Shown here: positions 27,450-38,292 of the stretch, piece after piece
Numbering within the stretch: position 1 is the stretch's first letter
How the letters are laid out: every line of letters starts with the position of its first letter
NCBI GenBank assembly: GCA_934096075.1
Contig: CAKOLN010000005.1
Span: 15,103-79,102, forward strand
DNA: 64,000 nt
Reading direction: 5' to 3'
Origin: an uncultured Bacilli bacterium
Lineage (GTDB): Bacteria; Bacillota_I; Bacilli_A; RF39; UBA660
Program-made: the position numbers and the translations under genes
Notes under the pieces: model-generated
What the model was told of the DNA's origin: nothing
Databases searched by the model: none
What the model saw: only the letters and a program-made list of their open reading frames with translations

Positions 27450-28625
27450 TTATCTTTTATAATACTTTTTACTTACTAACTTATAATAAAGTTTATATAA
27501 TTTTGGAAACTTTTGTCTCCCAAAATCACCTATTTTTCTTTTTAAAGATGTACTTTTATTTTCATACATTTCATAAATATTTTGATAAAAATTAGCTTTT
27601 ACCTCTAAATCTATTTGAGAAACAGAATCTTCATTAGCATATTTTTTAACAGCATCGTAAAATTGTTTTGATGAAGTATCCCAATCAATCCATTCGTCTG
27701 CAGTTTTAATTGCATTAGACTTATATTTAGTCAATAATTTCTTATCTAATAATTTATTAATACTCTCCACAACTTGATCTTCATCATCTGTTTTAATAAC
27801 TATTCCATTATAACCGTTTACTATATACTCATCATGTCCAGTTACATCATAAACAATAGCCGTTCCTCCAGTATGAAACATTTCCAATGGAGGTCCAAAC
27901 ATTCCTTCAACATAGCTTAATTTAACAATTACATCACAAGATCTATAAATCTTTGCACAATCTTTTACAGGAACCCTTGAAAATACCTTGTCTACTCCTG
28001 GATATTTATTTACATTAGATGAAGTTAATAACCAAATTTCACTTGCTTTACTTTTTCTTACTAGTTTAATAGTTTTAGGAACATTTTTGAATGGAACATC
28101 TACTGGACCCTCAACTAGTACTCTAAGACCATCACATTCAGGATATTTTTCCCCATCTAAAGTAAATACATCCTTTCTAATTCCATTTCTAACTAAAATT
28201 ACTTCATTATTATATTTACTTTCCAAATATTCTTTTATCCATGTAGCTTCAGTAATAACTTTAAGTCCCATTAAATATGTCATTTCCGCATATAATTTCA
28301 AACCTTCTTCATTATTACTATAAAACCTAGATTCTATAGATTGAACAAAGTATAAATACTTTTTAGCATTAATTTTATATAGATAATATATAGTAGCCCA
28401 CCAAGTACCAATAGCAATATCAAAATTCATACTTTTAGCTTCCTTCAAAGTAATCCATTTTAATTTATGCGCCTTGGAATGCCAACTATAATCTATAGAC
28501 TTAACTTTTTTTTCAGTAACTATATATACATCTTCTCCAAGTTCTTTCATTTTACTAGCATGTTCTAATATAACATTAGTACCACCACCAATTAAAGCGG
28601 AACCTAAAGTAAAAACCACTTTCAT
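27450..28625 (-). CDS. glycosyltransferase family 4
   Basis: It has the GT-B GT4 C-terminal pattern (EGMFGPPLEMFHTGGTAIV). Confidence 0.55.
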   Translation of the reverse strand: MKVVFTLGSALIGGGTNVILEHASKMKELGEDVYIVTEKKVKSIDYSWHSKAHKLKWITLKEAKSMNFDIAIGTWWATIYYLYKINAKKYLYFVQSIESRFYSNNEEGLKLYAEMTYLMGLKVITEATWIKEYLESKYNNEVILVRNGIRKDVFTLDGEKYPECDGLRVLVEGPVDVPFKNVPKTIKLVRKSKASEIWLLTSSNVNKYPGVDKVFSRVPVKDCAKIYRSCDVIVKLSYVEGMFGPPLEMFHTGGTAIVYDVTGHDEYIVNGYNGIVIKTDDEDQVVESINKLLDKKLLTKYKSNAIKTADEWIDWDTSSKQFYDAVKKYANEDSVSQIDLEVKANFYQNIYEMYENKSTSLKRKIGDFGRQKFPKLYKLYYKLVSKKYYKR

Positions 28626-28636
28626 TACTGCACCTC

Positions 28637-30619
28637 CTAAATAACGTTATCTTTTTTTAATTGATATTTCTTTATACTCCTATATATCAACATTTGCAAA
28701 TATAATTTATAATTATGCAACTTTAACATAGGCCAGTAAGTATCATAAAAATAAGTTTTATATCTTAAAAAAAATTTAAAATTTTCTTTTATATATCTTT
28801 TAAAAGTTATTTTATTTTTACTATTAAACTCAGTAAATTCAAAAACACCAAAATTTTCATAATGATATATTTTATTAAAAAAAGTATATTGTAATTTACT
28901 AGGGTTAAATATCATATCAAAATGGATTTGATTAATTAATTTATCAACTTTTTTATTATCAAAATACTTATTAATTAATACATTACATATTTGAATAAAT
29001 TTATCAAACATCACATCTTGTATCGGATGGATTAGACAATTATATATCTTTTCTTCTTCTTTCTTTTTAAATAATTCAACTTCTACTTTATTGTTTTTTA
29101 TAACATATTTATTAGCACTACCATGAGAAGCACCCAATATAATTTCATATATAGTTCTATTTTCAGCATATAAATTATATTCTACATTATAACAAGGACT
29201 ATTAGTAAAAACTAATCCATATTTCTCTATACTTTCTTTTAAATCCTTTCTTTGCAATCCAAAATACAGACCCTTTATTATATAATTAGTTCCTAAAATA
29301 TTCTGTATATTATTTTGAATTGAACCATTCCATCCAATATCAACAACATAAAATTCATGAGAGTCAGTCTTGTCATTAATATATTCTATAAAATTTTGTT
29401 TTTGTTCTAATCTATTGCTTTCATATATTTTTTTAAAAACAGAATTATTAATTAAAGATTTAAATTCTTTTGAATTTCTAAAATCACTAATTTTTTTATT
29501 AAAATCACAATTTTTCCTATTCTTATTTTCCTCTTCATATATGCATTTAATATCATTTTCATTAAAATTCAAACTTTTTAAAAATTCATTAATAGTAATA
29601 TATGAATATTGATTTAACAAAGCATTAAATTTTTCTTCAGACAATTTAGTTAATGATGGTAAATAAGTAGATTTTCTAGAAACATATAAATAATGAGATT
29701 TAATTTTAACATTGCCTTGTTTTTTAACATAATAATCAAATAATTTTTTTAAATATTCACCTTCTCTTGACAAGAAAAACACTTCTGTTTGATTTTCTTT
29801 TACTAATCTATAATAAATTCTTTCTATAAACTTATAAAGTGAAAAAATTATATTTTCAAATTGACTAGTATCTTTAAATTGTAATTTTTTAAAATTATTT
29901 GTAATATTTTTTTCATCATACTCTAATTTAAAATCAGAGTAAAATTTATATTTTCCTTTTCTATCTAACAAAACACTTTTTATTCCAATACTATTTGGAA
30001 TCTCATAATCCCCTAAACTATTGTCTCCAATCATATATACTTGACTAGCATCAACATCCAATTTCTTAAGAACTATTTTATACAATTCACCAGATTTTTT
30101 ATTTTTTAAATATTCACAAGAAACAAAAATATCATCAATCATATTAAAAATATTTAATCTTTTAAAAATTTCTAATAACATATCTTTACTAAGATACATA
30201 TCTGAAACTGCATAAATTTTTTTATTTTTCTTTTTAAGATTCCTAATTAAATCAATTATATCATCATTCACATACAAAACATTTGACTCGAGTTCAATCT
30301 CAGTATCAACACATTTTTTTAAAAATAAATTATAGTCAATATCTTCATTTAATTCTTCATAAATACTCTTAATCATTGATACATAAGTAAATTCATAATC
30401 ATTGCCCATGTTATGATTTTCTAATCCTAGTTCAGATTCAATTTTATTTCTTAAACCATATAATTCTACTGAAGTTAAACTTAATTCAAATGTCTTAACA
30501 ATATTAACAGACCACACCTTTTTTAAATACTCAGGTTCCATCTTTCTACTAACAATAGTATCAAATATATCAAAAAATATTATATTTCTATCTTTATCAT
30601 TTATAACTTCATTAAACAT
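28637..30619 (-). CDS. HAD-superfamily hydrolase domain protein with large C-terminal extension of unknown function
   Basis: The N-terminus has FFDIFDTIV, the HAD motif I DxDxT. GDNSLGD is HAD motif IV-like. The protein is 660 aa. Confidence 0.4.
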   Translation of the reverse strand: MFNEVINDKDRNIIFFDIFDTIVSRKMEPEYLKKVWSVNIVKTFELSLTSVELYGLRNKIESELGLENHNMGNDYEFTYVSMIKSIYEELNEDIDYNLFLKKCVDTEIELESNVLYVNDDIIDLIRNLKKKNKKIYAVSDMYLSKDMLLEIFKRLNIFNMIDDIFVSCEYLKNKKSGELYKIVLKKLDVDASQVYMIGDNSLGDYEIPNSIGIKSVLLDRKGKYKFYSDFKLEYDEKNITNNFKKLQFKDTSQFENIIFSLYKFIERIYYRLVKENQTEVFFLSREGEYLKKLFDYYVKKQGNVKIKSHYLYVSRKSTYLPSLTKLSEEKFNALLNQYSYITINEFLKSLNFNENDIKCIYEEENKNRKNCDFNKKISDFRNSKEFKSLINNSVFKKIYESNRLEQKQNFIEYINDKTDSHEFYVVDIGWNGSIQNNIQNILGTNYIIKGLYFGLQRKDLKESIEKYGLVFTNSPCYNVEYNLYAENRTIYEIILGASHGSANKYVIKNNKVEVELFKKKEEEKIYNCLIHPIQDVMFDKFIQICNVLINKYFDNKKVDKLINQIHFDMIFNPSKLQYTFFNKIYHYENFGVFEFTEFNSKNKITFKRYIKENFKFFLRYKTYFYDTYWPMLKLHNYKLYLQMLIYRSIKKYQLKKDNVI

Positions 30620-31369
30620 TTAATCCACCCTCATCTGCTTTTCATAATATAAATTACAAACTTCTTCTGCATCTCCTATCATTTGAACTTCTCCATGTTC
30701 TATCCACATCACCCTGCTACAAAGTTGTTTAATTGAATCTAAAGAATGTGAAACATATAAAACTGTAGTTCCTCCTTTTATCATTTCTAACATTTTATTC
30801 TTACTCTTCTCCTGAAATTTAATATCCCCCACTGACAAAATTTCATCTACAATTAATACTTCTGGATTAACAATAGTTGCAATTGAAAAAGCAAGTTTAG
30901 CAATCATACCAGAAGAAAAGTTTTTAATAGGAACATCTAAAAAATCTCTTAATTCTGAAAAATCAACAATCTCTTCAAATTTCTCATCTAAAAATTGTTT
31001 TGTATAACCTAAGACTGCTCCATTTAAATAAATATTTTCTTTAGCAGTTAGCTCTATATCAAAACCGGCGCCCAATTCTATCATAGGTGAAATAGCTCCA
31101 TTAACAGTTACTTTTCCCTTTGTTGGTTTCATTACACCACTAACAACCTTTAGTAAAGTACTTTTACCAGCACCATTAGAGCCTATCAAACCAACAACTT
31201 CACCTTTAGCAATATGTAAGCTAACATCTTTTAAAGCCCAAAAATATTCTTTCTTTTTTCTTTTTCCTTTAAACAAATTAATAAAAGCCAATTTAAGAGA
31301 AAAATCTTTTTCTATTCCCAAATCAAATTTCATTGATACATTTTTAATGTCTATCATAACAACCTCCAT
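30620..31369 (-). CDS. ABC transporter ATP-binding protein (TagH/Wzt-like polysaccharide exporter)
   Basis: The Walker A is GSNGAGKST, the ABC signature is LSGGQ-like SSGM, and the Walker B is LIVDE. Confidence 0.8.
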   Translation of the reverse strand: MEVVMIDIKNVSMKFDLGIEKDFSLKLAFINLFKGKRKKKEYFWALKDVSLHIAKGEVVGLIGSNGAGKSTLLKVVSGVMKPTKGKVTVNGAISPMIELGAGFDIELTAKENIYLNGAVLGYTKQFLDEKFEEIVDFSELRDFLDVPIKNFSSGMIAKLAFSIATIVNPEVLIVDEILSVGDIKFQEKSKNKMLEMIKGGTTVLYVSHSLDSIKQLCSRVMWIEHGEVQMIGDAEEVCNLYYEKQMRVD

Positions 31370-32172
31370 TATACATAATAAATAAATTTATCTTGTTTAT
31401 TTCTAAAAACAATTATACCAATCAATGCGAAAAAGATACTTACAAGACCACACAATAGGAGATTAAGTAATGATGGCATATTACCGTACACTATTATATC
31501 TCTAGCTGATGAGATAAATAAATATAATGGATTTAGTTTAAATAAAGTTTGTAATTTTATAGGCAAAATATCTATACTATAAAATATTGGAGTAAAATAT
31601 TGCCAAATAGTTAACAATATTCCATATATATAAAACATATCTCTTAAAAAAACTGAAATAGTAGAAATAATAAAAGATATTCCAACTGTAAACAAAAATA
31701 AACATATAAAGATATAGGGTAAAATTAAGTAATAAATATTAATATGACAAGCATAACCACCTAATCCAACATAAGATAATAAAACAATTAATAAAAGTGG
31801 TATTAAGGTTAGTAAAAAATTTATACCTACAAATAAACATTTAGACAAAGGAAAAATATACTTTGGTATATAAACCTTATTAATTAAGGAAAAATTGCTT
31901 ACCACTGAACTCATCGCAGTATTAGAAGCTTCACTAAAATAATTAAACATAACTAGTCCTGTCATTAAATATACTAGATAATTAACATTTTCCATTCTTG
32001 CCTTAAAAAATTGACTAAATACTATTGCCATAATACTCATCATTAAAATAGGATATAATAAACTCCAAAGTACACCTAATACACTTCTTTTATATTTTAC
32101 TTTAAAGTCCCTCATAATCATTTGACTCATTAAAAATGAATACTTTTTAAAATTTTGTAACATACCCTTCAT
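31369..32172 (-). CDS. ABC-2 type transporter permease (TagG/Wzm-like)
   Basis: The protein has six TM segments. It is translationally coupled to the ATPase through ATGA. Confidence 0.7.
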   Translation of the reverse strand: MKGMLQNFKKYSFLMSQMIMRDFKVKYKRSVLGVLWSLLYPILMMSIMAIVFSQFFKARMENVNYLVYLMTGLVMFNYFSEASNTAMSSVVSNFSLINKVYIPKYIFPLSKCLFVGINFLLTLIPLLLIVLLSYVGLGGYACHINIYYLILPYIFICLFLFTVGISFIISTISVFLRDMFYIYGILLTIWQYFTPIFYSIDILPIKLQTLFKLNPLYLFISSARDIIVYGNMPSLLNLLLCGLVSIFFALIGIIVFRNKQDKFIYYV

Positions 32173-32229
32173 AACAAAACTCCTTTTCTCTAATAATTAT
32201 AACAAATGAATTAATTATTTGCAATTTTA

Positions 32230-33156
32230 CTATAACTTTTTTACAACCCACTCGATATTAATATGACCTAAGATTTTTTTCATTTTTCTTGTAATAGTAT
32301 CATCAATTAAATAATCACTAATTCTAAGTTCATGTAATTTTTCTTTATATTTTATTTTATATTCACCATTTAAAAAATTTAATCTATTAATACATGCACT
32401 CGCTAGAAAGCTTAACAATACTTTATTAGTCTCATTATTTACATCTAACATATCACAATATTTATTAAAAAAATATATAATATCCAAAGACTTTTTATAT
32501 TCTTTTTTATAATTAGTATTTCTCGTAATACTATTTTCTGTTTGAACATACATATAACCATTATAAGATATAGATTTAATCTTTTTAGACTTAGTTATCA
32601 TATATGGTATTAATCCCATATCTTCATGATATTTTCCAACTTCAAATTTAAATTTATTTTTTAAGAAAAAATTTCTATTTATTATATAAGACCAAGCAGT
32701 TTCAAAAATAGTTTTAGAATTAATTAATTTTAAAAAAGCTTCTTTACCATTAACCGTATCAAAAACACATGTATATGCAACTTCTTCTTTATCAGTAAAA
32801 ACTTTAGTAAATCCAATTTTTAACAAATCTAAATCATCAGAAATTTCCCTATCAATTGTTTCCAAAAAATCATCTTTAATATAATCATCTATATCTACAA
32901 ATATTATATATTGACCTTTAGCTCTATTTATAGCCATATTTCTGGCGTTACTTAATCCTTTATTTACTGAATTAATCAATTTTATATTATTACTTTTAAC
33001 ATAACTTTCTAATATTTCTTTACTATTATCTTTAGAACCATCATTGGTAACAATAATTTCATAATTATTTATTTTTTGTCTAAAAATGCTTTCTAAACAC
33101 TTTTTAATATACTTTTCTCCATTATAACATGGTATAACAAAACTATACTTAATCAT
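32230..33156 (-). CDS. glycosyltransferase family 2
   Basis: The N-terminus reads YSFVIPCYNGEKYIKKCLESI...NDGSKD...DIDDY, with a DxD motif. Confidence 0.7.
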   Translation of the reverse strand: MIKYSFVIPCYNGEKYIKKCLESIFRQKINNYEIIVTNDGSKDNSKEILESYVKSNNIKLINSVNKGLSNARNMAINRAKGQYIIFVDIDDYIKDDFLETIDREISDDLDLLKIGFTKVFTDKEEVAYTCVFDTVNGKEAFLKLINSKTIFETAWSYIINRNFFLKNKFKFEVGKYHEDMGLIPYMITKSKKIKSISYNGYMYVQTENSITRNTNYKKEYKKSLDIIYFFNKYCDMLDVNNETNKVLLSFLASACINRLNFLNGEYKIKYKEKLHELRISDYLIDDTITRKMKKILGHINIEWVVKKL

Positions 33157-34231
33157 CTTTTTCTCCCACTAATTCATAAATTTTATTAATATTTTCTTCA
33201 TTATATTTAGCAATATTAAAATTATAGTTAAAATTTGTTTTATTAAAATAATCTTTAATATTTTCACTTATAGACTTCTCATTATTTTCCATTATAATTG
33301 AATAATCTTTTATATGCAAATTTCCAGAATTAACATCTATAGTACTTAATATACCTTTTTTTAAAGTTAAAGCTTCAAGATAAATGACTGGAAATCCCTC
33401 ATACCTACTTGTCAAAATAATTCCATCAGATAATTTAATATAAGGGTATGGATTTTCTTGTCTTCCTAAAAACAACACATAATCTTCTATATCGTATTTA
33501 TTTACCATATCTTTATATTTCAGCATATCCTTGCCATCACCAATTACCCAAATTTTTATTTTAAACTTTTCTTGTTTAAGTATTTTTAATGCTTTAAATA
33601 AAACACTTAAATTTTTACTATCTTCATCCAATCTTCCTACAAAACATAAAGTATTAGTTTCTTTAATAATCTTCACAGATTGCTTACATTTTACATTAAT
33701 TTCTTTATAATTAATTAAGTTGTTAATAACTAATGTTTTATCAACAAGATATGGATATATATTAATAAAGTTATTTCTTGCTTCTTCACTTACAAAAACA
33801 ATTTTATTAAATTTTTCTACTTTAACACTATTAAAAAAACTTTTAAATTTGCTTATATCTTTATTATAAGCAAAATAATAATCACTATGTACCCATAATA
33901 TGCTTTTTCTTGAGGCATATCTAGAAATAATAGATGAAGGTATATCATATGTAGAATAACAAATAGACATGTCATATTTATTATAATTTTTTATACATTT
34001 AAAAATTATCTTTATTCTATTAATAATTTTTCTTATTATTTTATTTTTATTAGTTGAAATAAAATGATAACTCACATTTACATCTTTATTAATGTTATAA
34101 AATTTTTCTTTGTCTTGAAGTATTAAATAAACTTTATAATTATTATAATCAAAAGAATCAAGTAAATTTACTAACGATTTTTCTATACCACCCATTCCTA
34201 AACTGTATGAAGTGAACAATATTTTTTTCAT
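33149..34231 (-). CDS. glycosyltransferase family 4
   Basis: GMGGIEKSLVNL...RYEGFPVIYLEALTLKKGILS is a GT4 pattern. Confidence 0.55.
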   Translation of the reverse strand: MKKILFTSYSLGMGGIEKSLVNLLDSFDYNNYKVYLILQDKEKFYNINKDVNVSYHFISTNKNKIIRKIINRIKIIFKCIKNYNKYDMSICYSTYDIPSSIISRYASRKSILWVHSDYYFAYNKDISKFKSFFNSVKVEKFNKIVFVSEEARNNFINIYPYLVDKTLVINNLINYKEINVKCKQSVKIIKETNTLCFVGRLDEDSKNLSVLFKALKILKQEKFKIKIWVIGDGKDMLKYKDMVNKYDIEDYVLFLGRQENPYPYIKLSDGIILTSRYEGFPVIYLEALTLKKGILSTIDVNSGNLHIKDYSIIMENNEKSISENIKDYFNKTNFNYNFNIAKYNEENINKIYELVGEKDD

Positions 34232-34239
34232 ATATACAC

Positions 34240-36072
34240 CTAATATTCTCTAATTGGCTTACTTACAATCTCCTCATCCATTGGAACAAATTGCAATAAA
34301 TTTGAATTTTCCATATTTTCAAAGTCTCCTTTTAAATAAACCAAATTACCTTTTTTCAATTCATCTTTAATTTGAGTGATTTTTTTATCGTTAATACATT
34401 CTATCTTTCCAATATTAAATACTACTAAATCGTTAGTTTTTGATTTTCCTTTAATATTCATACTCAATATAACTTTTTTCCAAGATTCCTTCCAAGATTG
34501 TTTATTAAAAGTCTCACTGACTTTTATAGCATTCTTTCTCATTTCAGAATGGCCTTCAAAATTATCTAATATCTTAATTAAAGTTTCTCTAAGAGAATTT
34601 TTATCTGGCTCAATTAAATAGCCATTATAACCACTAATTATTAAATCAGTTAAGCCACCAATTCTAGTAGCAATAACAATATTACCAGATGACATTGCCT
34701 CTAAGCATGATAAACTTGTACCTTCACTATATTGCGTAGGTATCAAACTTATATCACTCATCTTATAAACTTCATGCATCTCATATGGACTTTTGTTATA
34801 GCATTTAACCCTACCATTATACTTTTTAATTTTTTCTTCTACTTTATCTAAGTCTTCTTTAAACCCCTTACCTACAAAATGAAATTCTACATTATCGTAT
34901 TTTTTTAAAATATCATCTACTACATCTAAAGCAATATAAAGTCCTCTTGCTTCATATAATCTTCTTGGATAAGTAATAATAATTTTTTCTCTTTTTTTAA
35001 AATAATCTTTTCTTGGACTAAATTCTACATTATCTACATAATTAGGTATTACATGAAATTTTTTATTACCCAAGTCATAATTTATAGTTTGAAACCAATT
35101 AGCTGTATTAGTATCCACAGAAACCAATTTATCACACATTTTTGCTCCTTCTATAAATGTTATATTAGAATTCCAAAATTCTACACCATCCTTATAATTA
35201 TTACTTTTATTATCCCAACTAACACCATGACTTATACCTATCGATGGGCCAATATGATTTGGAAAACATTCTTGAAAAGCAGAATAAATATGTAAAACAC
35301 TTTTAAATTTTGTTTCATAAATATAATTTTTAGTTTGATTATCTAAATAATCTAAATTATATAAATTTTTAATATTATTAGGTTTCATACCTATAACATT
35401 AATATTATTATATTTTCTAAAAAAAGGTATAGTTGCATTTTGATATATATCTAAATTAAATCCTAATTCATTACAAACCTCAAATAAATCAAGTAAGTAC
35501 CTTTCTGCTCCACCAGAATAATAATTAGTACCTAAATCATTGAAAAAAGTAGACGTCTTAACAGTGATATTTTCCGTTTGATTGTAATTTGAATACAATT
35601 TTAACCCTTCAAAAGAATTAAGTAATTCACTAATTTTTACTAATTCATCATATAAAATGTTAAAACCTAACCTAAAGTCTCTCATATCATATTTTTTCCT
35701 AGTAATGTAAATAAAAGATCTATTAACAAATAATTTTCTAAAATCATAATCATTCACTTTAATAGTTTTTGTACTATAACCATCAAAAGAATAATAAACG
35801 ACATTCTCATTTTCAAAATATCTTTTTACCTTTTCGTACATTTCTCCAGTTTCAAGTATAACATCTATATATCCGATTTTTAATTTTAAATTAGCGCGAG
35901 AAGTTAATACTTCTCCATTCTTTAAATTAAATTTTTTTCTTAACTTTTTTTCTTTAATGTTATTAGATAATCCTTTTACTCCACTATCTTTGAAAATAAT
36001 AGCCTTTTTTATTAAATTTACAAATCCTAATCTTTTCAATATATTATAACTTCTTATATCGTTATTATTCAT
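34240..36072 (-). CDS. large glycosyltransferase (C-terminal GT4 domain, N-terminal ~300 aa unknown)
   Basis: The C-terminus has SEGTSLSCLEAMSSGNIVIATRIGGLTDLI. Confidence 0.5.
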   Translation of the reverse strand: MNNNDIRSYNILKRLGFVNLIKKAIIFKDSGVKGLSNNIKEKKLRKKFNLKNGEVLTSRANLKLKIGYIDVILETGEMYEKVKRYFENENVVYYSFDGYSTKTIKVNDYDFRKLFVNRSFIYITRKKYDMRDFRLGFNILYDELVKISELLNSFEGLKLYSNYNQTENITVKTSTFFNDLGTNYYSGGAERYLLDLFEVCNELGFNLDIYQNATIPFFRKYNNINVIGMKPNNIKNLYNLDYLDNQTKNYIYETKFKSVLHIYSAFQECFPNHIGPSIGISHGVSWDNKSNNYKDGVEFWNSNITFIEGAKMCDKLVSVDTNTANWFQTINYDLGNKKFHVIPNYVDNVEFSPRKDYFKKREKIIITYPRRLYEARGLYIALDVVDDILKKYDNVEFHFVGKGFKEDLDKVEEKIKKYNGRVKCYNKSPYEMHEVYKMSDISLIPTQYSEGTSLSCLEAMSSGNIVIATRIGGLTDLIISGYNGYLIEPDKNSLRETLIKILDNFEGHSEMRKNAIKVSETFNKQSWKESWKKVILSMNIKGKSKTNDLVVFNIGKIECINDKKITQIKDELKKGNLVYLKGDFENMENSNLLQFVPMDEEIVSKPIREY

Positions 36073-37273
36073 TTTCTACCTCACTTACTATTTTAATTAT
36101 TTCATTACATCTGTTATTCCAACTGTTACTTTTAATAAAATCATTAGTTTTTTTAACATCAATAACATTTTTTTCTTTAACAATTAAATCTATATCACTT
36201 ATATTATCAATAAATTTGACATTTGGATATCCTATTATATCAGGCAATTTAGATGATATTGTTATTTTATGCATTGCAATATATTCAAAAACTTTTAAAG
36301 GAGATACATAATTACCAATAGAATCAGTTTTAAATGGTAATAACGTATAATCTGAATATTTTAAATAATTTGGCAATTCCTTCTGACTTTTTAATCCTAA
36401 AAAATGAACATTGCTTGGCATGGTTCTAACTATATGTAAAATATTATTATAGTCTCCAATCAAATTAATTTGATATTCTTTATCTAAACTAGAAATATAT
36501 TTTATGATATTCCAATCAAACCAACTTCCCCATAAAGAACCATAATATATAAATGTTTTTTTGCCTATTATTAAATCGCCGGGAACATCATATTTCTTAT
36601 TATAATCAAATAAATTCACGTCCACTGCATTTGGTAAATAATAAACATTCTTTTTTATTGATAATTTTTCTTGATATTTATTAATTTGATTTATTAAAGG
36701 CTTTGCAGTTGCAGTTAAATAATTACTATTTATAATAAATGTATTTAAACTTTTTTTATCGAAAAAGCCATCGCCTAAATTTGTTTCCCAATTATCTATA
36801 GTTTCATATATTATTTTGTTATTAACTTTCATAGCATATTCCATAAATGGAACAAATTCTTTAGCGGGTATTTCAAAAATAACAATATCGTCTTGAGTTA
36901 AAAGTTTTTTAAATTCTTCTAATTTAAAATTCTTAATAAATTTATGTATTACTGTTGGAATTTCCATTTTGCATATTTTACTTTCACTAGATGGTATCCT
37001 GTATAAATAAACAACATCATAACCAATTTTATTAAATTCTTTAGTAAGTTGACTACTTCTTTGTCCCCCACCAATATCAAAGTAAGGAATTCCAGTAAAA
37101 ATAAATACTTTCTTTTTATAAGAAACATAATTTTTAATATTACCCTCTTTAATATTTAAACATTTATAATAATTGATTTTTTTCATAACAATATGCTGAG
37201 GTTTAGAAAATAGCCACACTAAAGTTCCTATAAAGCCATGATTACAATAATACTTTTTAATTTTATTTAACAT
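36065..37273 (-). CDS. putative glycosyl/glycerophosphotransferase (family uncertain)
   Basis: The 402-aa ORF sits inside the glycosyltransferase operon. It has a GIPYFDIGGGQRSSQL motif. Confidence 0.35.
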   Translation of the reverse strand: MLNKIKKYYCNHGFIGTLVWLFSKPQHIVMKKINYYKCLNIKEGNIKNYVSYKKKVFIFTGIPYFDIGGGQRSSQLTKEFNKIGYDVVYLYRIPSSESKICKMEIPTVIHKFIKNFKLEEFKKLLTQDDIVIFEIPAKEFVPFMEYAMKVNNKIIYETIDNWETNLGDGFFDKKSLNTFIINSNYLTATAKPLINQINKYQEKLSIKKNVYYLPNAVDVNLFDYNKKYDVPGDLIIGKKTFIYYGSLWGSWFDWNIIKYISSLDKEYQINLIGDYNNILHIVRTMPSNVHFLGLKSQKELPNYLKYSDYTLLPFKTDSIGNYVSPLKVFEYIAMHKITISSKLPDIIGYPNVKFIDNISDIDLIVKEKNVIDVKKTNDFIKSNSWNNRCNEIIKIVSEVENE

Positions 37274-37280
37274 ATTTCAC

Positions 37281-38222
37281 CTACTTAATAAATCTAAATT
37301 TTATTGAATATATAAAAGTATATATCTTAACTAATTTCTTATTTTTTATTATTAATTGCTTAATAAAATTACAAGACTTAACATACCTACTATTTTTCCA
37401 ATTGTCAATTAAAGATAACATATAATATGCTCTATTAATAAAATCATTTCTTACTTTCTTATCAACAATATATCTAGTTTTTAAACTATAAGTCACCAAT
37501 AATTGAATAATTAAATTACTTGTGCAATCCAAATCAAGTTTTTCAATCAAATCAATCACTTTAAAAATATCAAATATTCTACTATCAACTGTAGTTTGTT
37601 CGCTATTATTATGTATAAAATAATTATATAAATTCTCATTTACCTTAGAAACTTTATTACACTTTAACAGATAAGATAAAACAAAATAAACATCCTCATA
37701 TTTCATAATTGGGAATTTAATATTATTATCTTTAATAATTGAAGATTTAAATAACTTACTATTTGGTCCAAACCTAAATTTTTCTAAATTATTTAATATT
37801 TCTTCTTTTTCCAAATTATTATTTGGAAAATCACTTTCATCGATTATTTTGTTTGTGCTTTGAAATATTTCTTTAATATTGCAACAACTCATATCAGAGG
37901 CATTATCAATTAAACTATTATATAATTTTTCAATATAGGTGTTATCAATTGAATCATCACTATCTAAAAAAGAAATATATTTTCCTTTAGAAACATCAAT
38001 ACCTTTATTTCTTGCTAAACTTAATCCTTTTTCTTTTAAAACTATTAAAGTTATATTTTTTTCATATTCTTTTAATATTTTTAAACTATTATCAGTACTA
38101 CCATTTTCAATAACAATAATCTCGATATTTTTATAGCTTTGACTTAATGCACTATCAAGACATTTTTTTATATACTTTTCACTATTATAAACAGGTATAA
38201 TTATACTTATTAAATCTTTCAT
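37281..38222 (-). CDS. glycosyltransferase family 2
   Basis: ISIIIPVYNSEKYIKKCLDSALSQ...FLDSDD is a GT2 pattern. Confidence 0.7.
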   Translation of the reverse strand: MKDLISIIIPVYNSEKYIKKCLDSALSQSYKNIEIIVIENGSTDNSLKILKEYEKNITLIVLKEKGLSLARNKGIDVSKGKYISFLDSDDSIDNTYIEKLYNSLIDNASDMSCCNIKEIFQSTNKIIDESDFPNNNLEKEEILNNLEKFRFGPNSKLFKSSIIKDNNIKFPIMKYEDVYFVLSYLLKCNKVSKVNENLYNYFIHNNSEQTTVDSRIFDIFKVIDLIEKLDLDCTSNLIIQLLVTYSLKTRYIVDKKVRNDFINRAYYMLSLIDNWKNSRYVKSCNFIKQLIIKNKKLVKIYTFIYSIKFRFIK

Positions 38223-38292
38223 AAATTCAACCTTTCATTACCATTATACCATTAAATACTACAATATAAAAAGAGGTAATTTAAATTTGTTT